From the NCBI GenBank assembly GCA_030528285.1, contig JAUMZE010000007.1, forward strand, positions 19,316-83,315: a stretch of DNA of 64,000 bases, written 5' to 3'. The position numbers and the translations under genes are program-made. A model generated the notes under the pieces. It made no database searches and had not been told where the DNA came from. It saw nothing but the letters and a program-made list of their open reading frames with translations. Origin of the DNA: Aerococcus sp. GTDB taxonomy: Bacteria; Bacillota; Bacilli; Lactobacillales; Aerococcaceae. Shown one piece after another: positions 1 through 10,270 of this stretch; the first letter of the stretch is position 1; the number at the start of each line of letters is the position of its first letter.

Positions 1-77
1 TATATATATTTAATAAGATTCTGAGGATATATGTTTCTTCTAGTTGGAGAACCGTTCTCACTCTATTTTTCCTAAAA

Positions 78-1115
78 TGTTTCACGTGAAACATTTAAAA
101 GTCCATCACTGACTGATGCGTAGTAATACAGGCTTTCCAATACTTGCATACTCGGGCTGCGTTGCTTTCCGTATTTTGTTCTCTCTATCATTACTAATAC
201 AGAAGAGATAGCTTTGGATTTTTATATCTAAGTGCTAAGTGGACGTCAAACTATAAATAACATTGCATGATCCACACTATTAATCTTCTAGCCAATCAAA
301 ACTCTATTCTTATTGATCTGCTCTCTGTATAAGATAACAATCATGACCTCTGTCCTACTTATCCGATGCGTGTATATAACCTGATTTCTTTCCTTCCATC
401 ATGTCATCTCATTCATCATTTTGTTATCTTGGTAACTACACACAGATCTCTTCGGTTTAGTTATTGTTTCACATGAAACAATTGCCGGCAATGGTAAGAA
501 GATGTTTCACGGGGAAGGGGAACATTATTATTGTTGCAGGAGAATGAGGCGCCTTAGCTTCCATATGTTGAACTATAGGTAGGTAGGCTGTAGGCTGTAC
601 CCATCATATCAATCATCGATACTCATCCATCATAAATCCATGCGGCTTGCTTCGTAGATTGTTACTCATCTACCTTCTCTCAATATGTTTCACGTGAAAC
701 ATCCATAACAGTGATTTAAAAAATGTTCCACGTGAAATGCTCTCTATCTCTGCTACTCTATTCTATTATCCGCTTTCATCTCTATCCTAAGACTCCGACT
801 ATGTTTCCTACATGAAGCAACATGTGGGGTAGAGCGAAATGGAACTGAGAATAGAGAGCAAGAGTCTACAAATCCTGGAGACCAGAATATAAGACTTAGT
901 CACCAACAACGCCCGTATGAGATTTCCTCCTAGAATTAGACGCCTCTTCTTATCTCACTTGAATAGACTTTCTCCTATGATGATCTTGATCATTTACCTT
1001 ACTTTTTATCTATGCATTCCCCTACTTATCCACATCCTACAAACTACCTAAAAGGCAAATGAATGTTCTTATCCACAGAAATTATGCACAAATCCACAGT
1101 GTTTCACGTGAAACA
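78..1115. promoter_or_regulatory. parS: parS array (ParB/Spo0J binding sites)
   Basis: Perfect palindrome TGTTTCACGTGAAACA at 78-93, 686-701 and 1100-1115; one-mismatch copy at 465-480; degenerate copies at 503-518 and 724-739. Matches the established parS consensus. Confidence 0.92.
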
Positions 1116-1458
1116 CTCATTTAAATCCGAACATACGCTTACTTATCAACATCTCCACATCGTTATCCACAGATATGGACTTATCCCCTTATTTTTGTGG
1201 ATAATCACTGTTGAGTTTGGAAATGTTTCTTTTTCACTAAGCATGTTATCGATTCCTAGACATTAATTTCACTTCATTTCCGACATCATTATTATCTATC
1301 AGTCTTAAAATCGAAACACGCGTTTGATTTATATCACTATTATGTGGAAAACTATCCTTATACACAGCTTTCCCACAGCCACCTTTCCGCCCATGTGCAT
1401 AACTCATTCACCTTGTGCAGTGTGTTTCACGGTCCACCTTTCCTTCTTCTTTTCCACA
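1026..1458. promoter_or_regulatory. DnaA-box cluster distal to oriC
   Basis: Nine matches to TTWTNCACA on either strand (1026, 1069, 1082, 1163, 1196, 1343, 1358, 1394, 1450), plus one-mismatch boxes at 1143 and 1369. Confidence 0.85.
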
Positions 1459-1519
1459 AGCCTATAAGTGGGGGCTGGTATCAGACATACTGGCCTCTTC
1501 TCTCGCTATACTCTCCAAC

Positions 1520-1551
1520 AAAAAAGGAGCTGACATCCTCATGTCAGCTCC
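1520..1551 (-). terminator. Intrinsic terminator of rpsF-ssb-rpsR
   Basis: GGAGCTGACA/TGTCAGCTCC stem followed by a U-tract on the minus strand. Confidence 0.8.
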
Positions 1552-1608
1552 ATAATAAAAGAGTGAACCCGCTTTATCAGCGAATCCACTCTTCCTTTTA
1601 TTATTTAA

Positions 1609-1848
1609 TTAGTCCTTCACGGTGAATGGTACGAGAGCCATGATCCGTGCGCGCTTAATAGCAGCGGTTAAGGTACGTTGATGTTTTGCGCAAGTCCCGG
1701 TAACGCGACGTGGCAAAATCTTACCTTTTTCGGACATAAAGCGTTTCAAAAGATCTGCATCTTTATAATCAATATGATCCATATGGTTAGCGCAGAAGTA
1801 GCATACTTTTCTACGACGGCGGCCACCACGGCGACGATTTTGTGCCAT
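1609..1848 (-). CDS. rpsR: 30S ribosomal protein S18 (zinc-ligand type)
   Basis: [10 protein letters not shown]...IDYKD...[17 protein letters not shown]; follows ssb. Confidence 0.98.
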   Translation of the reverse strand: MAQNRRRGGRRRRKVCYFCANHMDHIDYKDADLLKRFMSEKGKILPRRVTGTCAKHQRTLTAAIKRARIMALVPFTVKD

Positions 1849-1875
1849 ACTTAGTTATCCTCCTTCATTGCGAAA

Positions 1876-2439
1876 TTAGAATGGTAAATCATCATCAGCA
1901 ATATCCATTGAGGAATTATCGTTATTATCAGGGAATGGATTGTTATTACCGAAGTTCCCCATATTATCCCCATTGTTGTTTCCGTTATTGCTGTAACGAT
2001 TATTATAAGAGGAATTATTCTGTTGAGTGCCGTAATCAGCGAACGGATCCTGATTCTGGTTGTTGTACCCGCCACCAAACTGCGAATTTCCATCCCCAGC
2101 TGGTCTACTCTCTGTAACATTCTTAGATTCTAAGAATGAGAAGTTATTAACGAGTACTTCCGTGACGTACACCCGTTGTCCTTGCTGATTCTCATAGTTA
2201 CGGGTTTGGATCGAACCCTCAACCCCCACTAATGAGCCTTTCCGCGTAAATTTAGCGAAGTTCTCGGCTGCTTTACGCCAGATCACACAGTTAATAAAAT
2301 CTGTCTGACGTTCGCCGTTAGCATCGCGGAAATTACGATCTACAGCAACAGTAAAGTTGGCTACAGCAACACCACTCTGAGTGTAACGTAGGTCAACTTC
2401 TCTAGTTAAACGCCCAACTAACACTACATTGTTAATCAT
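1876..2439 (-). CDS. ssb: Single-stranded DNA-binding protein
   Basis: [14 protein letters not shown] fold; C-terminal DDDLPF tail. Confidence 0.98.
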   Translation of the reverse strand: MINNVVLVGRLTREVDLRYTQSGVAVANFTVAVDRNFRDANGERQTDFINCVIWRKAAENFAKFTRKGSLVGVEGSIQTRNYENQQGQRVYVTEVLVNNFSFLESKNVTESRPAGDGNSQFGGGYNNQNQDPFADYGTQQNNSSYNNRYSNNGNNNGDNMGNFGNNNPFPDNNDNSSMDIADDDLPF

Positions 2440-2465
2440 GCCATAACCCCTCTCGATTGATGTGA

Positions 2466-2768
2466 TTACTCTTCAATCTTGGTAATCATATGACGTAGGA
2501 TTCCGTCGTTGATTTTTGCTAAGCGGTCAAATTCATTGATCCCTTTTGCATCTTCAGCTTCGCAGTCGATCAAGTGGTAAACTCCTTCGCGGAATTTGTT
2601 GATTTCATAAGCAAAGCGACGTTTTTCCCAGTCTTTTGATTCGTTAATACGGGTACCATTTGACGTTAAGATAGTATCAAAACGTTCTACTAATTCGCTC
2701 TTCGTTCCTTCATCGAGGTCAGGACGAATAATGTAAAGCACTTCATATTTAGTCGTATTTTCGTTCAT
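2466..2768 (-). CDS. rpsF: 30S ribosomal protein S6
   Basis: [12 protein letters not shown]...[10 protein letters not shown]...ILRHMI; ATG at 2768 preceded by AAGGAGG. Confidence 0.97.
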   Translation of the reverse strand: MNENTTKYEVLYIIRPDLDEGTKSELVERFDTILTSNGTRINESKDWEKRRFAYEINKFREGVYHLIDCEAEDAKGINEFDRLAKINDGILRHMITKIEE

Positions 2769-2774
2769 CAGACT

Positions 2775-2845
2775 TTGCACCTCCTTTTGGTCATTAATGG
2801 TTCTAGTCAATGGCTAGAACAAGGAGAGTATTACAATACTCACGT
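2775..2845 (-). ncRNA. Probable S6:S18 ribosomal protein leader (autoregulatory)
   Basis: Minus strand reads GAGTATT-GT-AATACTC hairpin, then CTCCTT complementary to the AAGGAG SD, enclosing a GTTCTAG/CTAGAAC stem; lies directly upstream of rpsF. Confidence 0.6.
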
Positions 2846-3019
2846 TGAACCATTTTACCGGAACAACGCTCAAATAGCAATAGGGAAGCCTCATTCTCTC
2901 AAAATTCCTGGTTCGAATGTATTAATTGCTCGCTCCTAGACACTCGAGCCATTCTCTCATTGAGTCGTATCCGTTATCTGATGCCACACCCCCTAGCTGC
3001 TGCATGTTCTCCTATCCCT

Positions 3020-4043
3020 ATGCATTGGCGTATTACCAGATAGTGGCGTTGGGGTGCCTGTTTCAGGGCTTGACACAGCTCTTCTGTGATTTCGTTCGAG
3101 TGTCAGGCAAACCGATACTTGGAATGTGTGTGACAGGAATTGGCGCTGTGACAAATATTATCCTCGATGCATTATTCGTGATTGGCATGTACTAGGGGGT
3201 TGTTGGAACTGCTTGGGCGACGGTGATTGGGCCATGTTGCTCCACGATATTTGGTCTGTTCCTCGTCTGGTGGGGCGTCACCAAGGTTGAAATCGAACGT
3301 GAGACGTTCCATTTTGATTGGCAACTCTCCAAGAAGATTATTGCGTGCGGGTTTGCCTTCTGGATTGCACAAATGGCGATGGGATTCATCAGTCTCGTCT
3401 ATAACGGGCAACTCGGCAATATGGGCGCGATACTGCCATCAGTATTTATGCAGTCGTCTCCAGCATCATGACATTCGTAATTATGCCAGCATGTGGGATC
3501 AGTCAAAGGATCCAACCGATTCTGGGGAATAATTTTGGCGTGCGAAACTACAAACGCGTGATGGCCACTTTGTATCAGGCGACGGTGGTGTCAGTCGGTG
3601 TGACGTGCGTGATTTGGATGATTGTCATGTTGTTCCCTTTCCCTCAATATATCTTGCTGGCGTTCGGTGCTTCTGAAGGAATGCTCAAAGTCGGTGTCGT
3701 CGCCCTACGCACGAATTTCTGCATCACACCGATTCTTGGTTTCGTCATGCTCGTGACCACCTTCTTCCAATCGATTGTTCAGCCTGTCCCTTCAATTGTC
3801 ATTACACTCTTGCGACAGATTGTCGTCTTGGTGCCATTTATTTATCTCTTTCCATTGTGGTGGGGGATTAACGGGATTTTCGTGGCGCAACCTGTCAGTG
3901 ATGCCTTGGCGCTGTTGTTATCTATTTTCCTCGTGGTCAAAGTAAGGAATCATCTCTACCGGCAATTACCAGCGTCTAAAGAGAGCGCCACTCAAACGCC
4001 ATGCACTCACGCTCCAGAAACCAAGCGCGTGAACGCAAACTAA
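3020..4043 (+). pseudogene. MATE-family (MepA-like) efflux transporter, fragmented
   Basis: MATE motifs (GAVTNIILDALF, QPILGNNFG.RNYKRV, FFQSI, LLRQ, GINGIFVAQPVSD) split over three ORFs; TAG at 3193-3195, frameshift near 3420, N-terminus missing. Start coordinate approximate. Confidence 0.8.
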
Positions 4044-4057
4044 ATCAATCCACACAC

Positions 4058-4131
4058 AAAAACAGCGAGCAGACATGCGCTCTGAACCGACCTTTAATAT
4101 GGAGGTTCACGCAATGTTACTCGCTGTTTTG
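4058..4131. terminator. Long imperfect hairpin between convergent genes
   Basis: AAAACAGCGAG...CTCGCTGTTTT arms with an inner TGAACC/GGTTCA stem. Confidence 0.6.
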
Positions 4132-4215
4132 TTGATGATGACTTATAGAGTTAGCAGCCCGCAGATTAACTGTTATCTATGGGCTATGAGTTTCAACTGT
4201 CTGCTCTTACCCGTA

Positions 4216-5892
4216 TTAGCGCAGTTTAAACCGGGAAGGCGCGAATTTGATCACGGCCCCATATCCCACCACGATATAAATGAAAATCACACCAAATATT
4301 ATTAGCCAACTCATCGGCGTCAGGGATTCAAAGTTATTAGAAAGGATAATCAGCAATACATACCCTAACGTCGATAGTATTTTGTAGATGGGACTCCCAA
4401 TCGTCATATTTTCCGTGTAAGGCTGGATGAGATAGTAGAGATATAAATTATGGAAACTGTAGAACAGCATCCCTACAATCGCTGTCAGTATCACTAATCC
4501 AATCGGTAGTAGCTCGCGTCCCCCCAGCAGGAAGTAACTCGCGCCAGCAAAAATAACGATCACAAGTAAAATTGGCAGCATGTAGCTCATCAATTTTCGG
4601 CTGCGATAATTGATCGTTTGGCGGAGGGCTTTTGGTGCGGTATAGAAATGATTCTTCATCATGGTGCGGTCCATATTGAAGAAACAGAGCCGTGTCAGTG
4701 TGCTTCCCATCCCCATCGCAATAGTATACATGGCGAAGAGGACGATAATAGAGCCCACTGTTTGATAGAGATCTTCCACTTCTTCAGGTGGGAGGACCGC
4801 TTCGATCGGTGCACGGAAAAAGACAATCAATCCTAATATCGATACTGCTGCGACAGACAGAATCAATGTGAGGCGGCGATAGGGGAGGGTGAGTTTCCGT
4901 TTCGCTACCCGTTCGAAAAAGATCGCATTCATATAGGTCGTGCCGTGATACTGTTCGAAGGCTTTCTCGGACTGGAGGGTATCGACATCCTCATTCACTT
5001 CTAAGTCCTTCGTATCCACCGCATTCCCATCCTCTTCACCTGCTAGGAGTTGTGCGGTGGAGAGGGTCTGTTTGGCTGCCAGATTGATGTCTCGCTGGTA
5101 GTGGCGAATTCTCCACATTCCAATCAAGAACAAGAGGATACCTAACACAGCAATTGGCCACTGGAAGAACAGGCCCATCGCCCAAATCCAGGGACTGATG
5201 AGCCAGAGACCGTGAATAAGCACACTGATGAGTAGACTCAATGCCCAGATGAAACTGATCCGTTTAATCGCCTGATCAGTATCACGTGTGATGAGACGCT
5301 GATGGATCGGCCAGAGGAGATAACGCAGGAACGTCCCCAGTCCCCAGAAGAACAGTAGGAAGTAAAAGCCCCCAAGTATCGGTAGTTGCCCTGGGAAATG
5401 CCCCATCTGTATGCCGTGCATAACACCCGTCAGAACGACGCCTTCTGTTAAGAACCAGAGCACTTTTTCACTGAAGGCGTTGATCTGGTAATAGGAGAAT
5501 GGCTCCATCCGAAAGATTTTAATCATCATCACGTCTTGACGTTCAGTAGGGTCCACAAAATATGCATTCAGTACGGCTCCCACCCATGAAAAGAGGGAGA
5601 GCACAAACAAGAACTGAAAACCGATATCTTGCGGCATGCCCAATGGAACGAGTTTGTCTCCGAAGATGGTCGCGTTGACCCACACTAAAACGAAATACAG
5701 CGAACGAGTAAGGATTGATTTCATCCAGGTTAAGATCACGCTGATCACCATAAAGAAGGAAATGAGGCCCTGTTGATGATACCAGCGATCGGAAATCAAA
5801 TGTTTCAAACCCGGGACGCGCTGTAGGTAGAAAATCCACCCGTTGTAGTTCTGGGTGATACGCATACGCAGGAAATTTTTCAGATCATGCAT
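4216..5892 (-). CDS. Polytopic membrane protein, probable ABC exporter permease
   Basis: About 12 hydrophobic segments in two halves; start overlaps the stop of the upstream ABC ATPase. Confidence 0.75.
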   Translation of the reverse strand: MHDLKNFLRMRITQNYNGWIFYLQRVPGLKHLISDRWYHQQGLISFFMVISVILTWMKSILTRSLYFVLVWVNATIFGDKLVPLGMPQDIGFQFLFVLSLFSWVGAVLNAYFVDPTERQDVMMIKIFRMEPFSYYQINAFSEKVLWFLTEGVVLTGVMHGIQMGHFPGQLPILGGFYFLLFFWGLGTFLRYLLWPIHQRLITRDTDQAIKRISFIWALSLLISVLIHGLWLISPWIWAMGLFFQWPIAVLGILLFLIGMWRIRHYQRDINLAAKQTLSTAQLLAGEEDGNAVDTKDLEVNEDVDTLQSEKAFEQYHGTTYMNAIFFERVAKRKLTLPYRRLTLILSVAAVSILGLIVFFRAPIEAVLPPEEVEDLYQTVGSIIVLFAMYTIAMGMGSTLTRLCFFNMDRTMMKNHFYTAPKALRQTINYRSRKLMSYMLPILLVIVIFAGASYFLLGGRELLPIGLVILTAIVGMLFYSFHNLYLYYLIQPYTENMTIGSPIYKILSTLGYVLLIILSNNFESLTPMSWLIIFGVIFIYIVVGYGAVIKFAPSRFKLR

Positions 5893-6688
5893 CTTGATCA
5901 CCTGGCGTTTCTTCGTTTGGCGAGATAGCTGCATTCATAGTTTGGTTGTCGGCTGTTTGCTGAACTTCCTTAATTGCTGCAGCGGTGGCTGGATCTTCGC
6001 CGGCTGTGAGTGCATGGATGAGTTTCTCCTCGAATTGTGGATCATTCTGCTGATAATCAATTGCTCGGAGGTGCCCATCCTTCAACAAAACAACCTCATC
6101 GGATAATTCCTGAGCCAATGAAACAATATGTGTTGAGAGGAGGATGATACGGTCTGATTTCATTTCGCGCAGGACCTGTTTAATCTGCGCCTGGATCACG
6201 ATATCAACAGCCGTCAGTGGTTCATCGAGGAGGATCACCGGTGGTTGCATAATCAGGAGACTGACGAGTGATAGTTTACTCTTCATCCCACTGGAATAGC
6301 CCTTGATAATGCGGTGACGATCCGCTTTATCAATCTCCACCAAATCGAGATATTCATCCGGTGTCCACTGTCCCGGCATTGGGTGCAGGTCCAGATAGAA
6401 GCGCACAAATTCATACCCTGTCAGGAAATCTGGCAGCACCGTTTCAGAAAACAGCATCCCCACATCATCAATCGTGAGGGCACGCTCAGTCCCATCATTT
6501 AGAACCAACGTCGCCTGTCCACTGTCAGCTGCCAACTCCCCGTAGAGAATATTGAACAGGGTGGTTTTTCCTGCGCCATTACGGCCGATAACCCCTGTAA
6601 TCGTGCTATCGTCAAAGGTCATCGTGCAATCTGTTAATACTTCATGATCGCCAAATTTTTTCTTTATCTCTTGGACTTTTAATTGCAT
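5885..6688 (-). CDS. ABC transporter ATP-binding protein
   Basis: Walker A GRNGAGKT, signature YSSGM, Walker B ILLDEP, H-loop STH. Confidence 0.93.
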   Translation of the reverse strand: MQLKVQEIKKKFGDHEVLTDCTMTFDDSTITGVIGRNGAGKTTLFNILYGELAADSGQATLVLNDGTERALTIDDVGMLFSETVLPDFLTGYEFVRFYLDLHPMPGQWTPDEYLDLVEIDKADRHRIIKGYSSGMKSKLSLVSLLIMQPPVILLDEPLTAVDIVIQAQIKQVLREMKSDRIILLSTHIVSLAQELSDEVVLLKDGHLRAIDYQQNDPQFEEKLIHALTAGEDPATAAAIKEVQQTADNQTMNAAISPNEETPGDQDA

Positions 6689-6893
6689 CCTGCTCATCCT
6701 TTCGTTGGTGGAGGGGCCCGTCATCGATTGACAGCTAGCGAGGAAGGCATTCTTCCAGACAGCTATCTATAATATGTTCATTCTACCCTTACATTCGTGC
6801 GTGAATCAATACTTAACCGCTTATTAATATATTCTCATCAAAAAAGAGGTCAGCCTCCTTATAGAAGCCAACCTCTCATGATCAAGATACCGA

Positions 6894-8222
6894 TTATGCT
6901 TTTGCTTTGTGTTCGCTCTTCCACGTACCGAATGATTTCTTGAAGTTGCTTAACATCCCTGCATCGCTGTAGGTCAAGACATTACTCCGGTAGAAAGTCG
7001 CTGCTAACCACGTCAACAAGATGATAAAGACAACGTAAATCGCAATCGACAAGAGAATCTCAGGGACTGACACTAAGTTCTTTGCAATCCGTAATGGCAT
7101 CACATTCGACGCAAAGAGGGGAATGTGTGACGAGATCACGTAGAACGGGGACGTCGCAAATGGCTGACCGAAAATCCCAATGTAGAACCCAATCACCAAC
7201 AGGAGTGAGAGGGGACTGGAAGCTTTTTGGACGTCTTCGGAACGACTCACGAGCGAACCCAGGAAGGCCGCAAAGACGGAATAGAGAATAATCCCCAAGA
7301 TCCCGTACACGATCGACCAGAGAATCAGATCGAGATTGTCCTGGATGATATGGACGTTTTGGAGAAAGGTTTTAATCTCATCCGGAATCTTAATTGGGAA
7401 CATATCCGTCTTAAAGAGGGCGAACCACGCGCCACCGAAGATCACAACATAGATCGCGATATGGGTGAGAATCACAAGGAAAATCCCCACGAGTTTCCCC
7501 ATAAAATGTTTCGTTGCCGTCATACTGGAGAGGATGATCTCCATAATACGTGATCCCTTCTCGGAGGCGATCTCCTGCATAATCAGCATCGCATAGTAAA
7601 TCACGAACATGAAGAGAATCACGCTAACGGACATCCCGAGCGCAAATCGAATACCCGAGGTCAACCCGCCATCATCTTTATCAAGTCCCAGATTTCCTTG
7701 AGTAGTATCAATCACCTTCGAATCCAGAGCAACCTGCCTCTGCTCTAGTTTTTGGAGCTCATCCGTAGAGAGATTCAGTTCTGTCGCGGTTTTAGCCGTT
7801 TCATAGCTACTCAATAACGCCACTACGCCCTGTATTTTGGCCAAGTTATTGAGTTTCTCTTCGTCTTTTTGGTAATAGGTGGCCTTTATCGGTTTGGTAC
7901 TATTATCCAATACGAGATAACCACTCAGCTTATTGTCCTCGAGTTGTTTCTTGGCCTCGTCCTCCGACAGATCGTACGTCAGTTTGAACCCGCTCTGGGA
8001 GGATTGGCTCGCCATGAACTGCTCCATGCCCGGTTCAGCATTCACAATCGGCAACGTATCTGGATTATCACTCTGATCTATATTGCTGAAGAAATAGCTG
8101 ATCCCTAATATGACCGCAATCGCAATCAAGGGGGTCACCACCATGAAGAAGAAGGACCAACTTTTTGTGTTTTTGATATAGGTATTTTTCGCTACGACCC
8201 AAAACTTACTCATTGGAGCCAC
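6894..8222 (-). CDS. ABC-2 type permease (YhaP/NatB-like)
   Basis: IASEKGSRIMEIILSS...GKL motif; large extracellular loop after TM1. Confidence 0.88.
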   Translation of the reverse strand: MAPMSKFWVVAKNTYIKNTKSWSFFFMVVTPLIAIAVILGISYFFSNIDQSDNPDTLPIVNAEPGMEQFMASQSSQSGFKLTYDLSEDEAKKQLEDNKLSGYLVLDNSTKPIKATYYQKDEEKLNNLAKIQGVVALLSSYETAKTATELNLSTDELQKLEQRQVALDSKVIDTTQGNLGLDKDDGGLTSGIRFALGMSVSVILFMFVIYYAMLIMQEIASEKGSRIMEIILSSMTATKHFMGKLVGIFLVILTHIAIYVVIFGGAWFALFKTDMFPIKIPDEIKTFLQNVHIIQDNLDLILWSIVYGILGIILYSVFAAFLGSLVSRSEDVQKASSPLSLLLVIGFYIGIFGQPFATSPFYVISSHIPLFASNVMPLRIAKNLVSVPEILLSIAIYVVFIILLTWLAATFYRSNVLTYSDAGMLSNFKKSFGTWKSEHKAKA

Positions 8223-9114
8223 CTGCTTTCATTTTGAAAATCTCCTCAAGTGTTGGTGGTTGCTGGTTGAAGGTCTGAACATATTCACCCAGCGTTAACG
8301 TATTGAAAAGTGCCTCCCCGTACGATTCATCACTAATCTTCAAGCGGAAATCGTGCGGTTCACGTTCCACCACCGAAAGAACCCCTGGTAATGCTTCAAT
8401 CTCTGGTTTTGTCCATTTATCGGTGTGAATGAAGATGGTCGTCTTCCCGAAACTGTTCCGGACGTCAGTAATCGGACCGTACAATACCTGCGTTCCGTCG
8501 TGGATCATCAACATGCTGTCACAGATTTCTTCCACGTTATTCATATTGTGAGTGGAGAAGATAATCGACGTTCCCTGATCGCGCAGATAGAGGATCCCTT
8601 GTTTCAACAGGTCGGCATTCACCGGGTCCAACCCACTAAATGGTTCATCCAGAATCATAAAGGCTGGCTCATGAATCAGTGTCCCAATCAACTGCACCTT
8701 CTGCTGGTTCCCTTTGGAGAGGGTAGATATTTTATCGGTGACCTTGCCTTTGACTTGGAAACGATCCATCCACTCAGGAATTTTTTGGTCGATCTCCTTG
8801 GGCATCATTCCGCGCAGTTCCGCAAAATAGTGGATTTGATCGTGAATGGTCATCTTCTCGTACAACCCACGCTCCTCCGGTAAATAACCGATCGTATCGT
8901 AAACCTGGGTGTTCAGCGGCGTGTTGTTCCATAAAATCACGCTATCTGGATGTTCGGACGAGATGAAGTTCAGGATCATCCGGAAAATCGTGGTTTTACC
9001 AGATCCATTACGGCCGATTAAACCGAGTATTTCGCCATCCTTGACCTCGAAAGACACATCATTGACCGCGACAACGGATCCGAATGTCTTACGTAAATGT
9101 CTGGCTTCAAGCAT
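8206..9114 (-). CDS. ABC transporter ATP-binding protein (YhaQ-like)
   Basis: GRNGSGKT, GYLPEERGLY, LSKGNQQK, LDEPFSGLDPVN; C-terminal PTLEEIF. Confidence 0.92.
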   Translation of the reverse strand: MLEARHLRKTFGSVVAVNDVSFEVKDGEILGLIGRNGSGKTTIFRMILNFISSEHPDSVILWNNTPLNTQVYDTIGYLPEERGLYEKMTIHDQIHYFAELRGMMPKEIDQKIPEWMDRFQVKGKVTDKISTLSKGNQQKVQLIGTLIHEPAFMILDEPFSGLDPVNADLLKQGILYLRDQGTSIIFSTHNMNNVEEICDSMLMIHDGTQVLYGPITDVRNSFGKTTIFIHTDKWTKPEIEALPGVLSVVEREPHDFRLKISDESYGEALFNTLTLGEYVQTFNQQPPTLEEIFKMKAGGSNE

Positions 9115-9425
9115 CGTGATTGCCTCCTTTGCTGAGTAACTTATGAGAGAGCGTCTAATAAACGGACAATCCCTCAACAGTGACTATTTATGTGACCATT
9201 GTAACATAAAAAATCAACAAAAAAGCTATAACTTAACTTTTTTTACATAACAGGTAGGATATTTTTTGTGTATGGGTGGGTCTATTTATTATTGGGGATT
9301 CCTCACCACAAGAGCAGTCTGCCTGTACGAAGGCCGCTCGTTTGTGGGCAGTCTAAAAGTCGGAGCGCTCTTTTTCTCTAGGGCGTGCTATGATACCTTT
9401 AGGAATAAATTTTTGAAGGAGGGAT

Positions 9426-10103
9426 ATGATGCCACAGATTTTAATCGTGGAGGATGATAATGATACGAACCTAATTCTGCGACAAATGCTGGGCCAAATT
9501 CCGGATTACACGCTCACAACGTCCTATTCCGGGACCGAAGCACTCCGGTTACTAGCAGATAATGCATATGATCTGCTGCTATTGGATCTAATGCTTCCAG
9601 GATTGAGCGGGGAGGAAGTACTACAACGAGCGAATCATCAAGGAGGCGTGATTGTCCTCAGCGCGCGCAGTGACCTCGAAGACAAAGTGAACCTCCTCCA
9701 TCTCGGGGCAGATGATTATCTCACGAAGCCCTTCCATCAAGCGGAGTTGTTGGCACGGGTAGAGAGCGTATTGCGACGTTACCACCAAACCGAACCAGTC
9801 TCCACACAACTCTTCCAATACCAGGCTCTTACGCTCGATGTGAACCAGCACCAGGCGACGATTCATTCCCAACCACTCAAACTCACGAACACAGAATTTG
9901 CGATTTTGGCGCTGTTACTCTCCAAACCGCAACAGGTCTTTACCCGCGAACAGATCTACCAACGCATTTGGCCTGATCAACATTATATCGAGGACAACGC
10001 GATCAATGTCCATGTTTCCAATCTCAGAAAGAAACTCGAAGCCCTCGATTCAAAACATCCCTATATTGAGACGGTCTGGGGGATTGGATTCAAATTAGCG
10101 TAA
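9426..10103 (+). CDS. OmpR-family response regulator
   Basis: ILIVEDD, LLDLMLPG, GADDYLTKPF, winged helix INVHVSNLRKKL...TVWGIGFK. Confidence 0.95.
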   Translation: MMPQILIVEDDNDTNLILRQMLGQIPDYTLTTSYSGTEALRLLADNAYDLLLLDLMLPGLSGEEVLQRANHQGGVIVLSARSDLEDKVNLLHLGADDYLTKPFHQAELLARVESVLRRYHQTEPVSTQLFQYQALTLDVNQHQATIHSQPLKLTNTEFAILALLLSKPQQVFTREQIYQRIWPDQHYIEDNAINVHVSNLRKKLEALDSKHPYIETVWGIGFKLA

Positions 10104-10166
10104 TCCGATTATCTTAACCAATGCACGTCATATGGCACTGTGGAATCTCATCTTCCCGGTGCCATT

Positions 10167-10223
10167 TCTTTATGATTTCTTTAGCTCAGTCTAAGGACTC
10201 CTTTATGAGTGCGCCGTTATACT
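10167..10223 (+). promoter_or_regulatory. Tandem OmpR-type boxes and -10 of the ABC transporter promoter
   Basis: TCTTTA(10167), TCTTTA(10178), TCTAAG(10190), CCTTTA(10200) at about 11-bp period, then TATACT at 10218 with no consensus -35. Confidence 0.55.
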
Positions 10224-10270
10224 AAAGCTGAATCAAGCATTTCTCTTTATGAACAGAAAGGATAAAAACG

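Noticed and set aside
78-1115. CRISPR-like array of palindromic repeats
   Set aside because: Repeats are only 16 bp, irregularly spaced, match the parS consensus, and no cas genes are present.
1026-1458. Second replication origin
   Set aside because: No DnaA-trio or GC-clamp element is visible; the canonical unwinding system is at 23777-23810.
1063-1625. ORFs 1063-1266 and 1344-1625
   Set aside because: They run through parS sites, DnaA boxes and a terminator, with no RBS or recognisable protein features.
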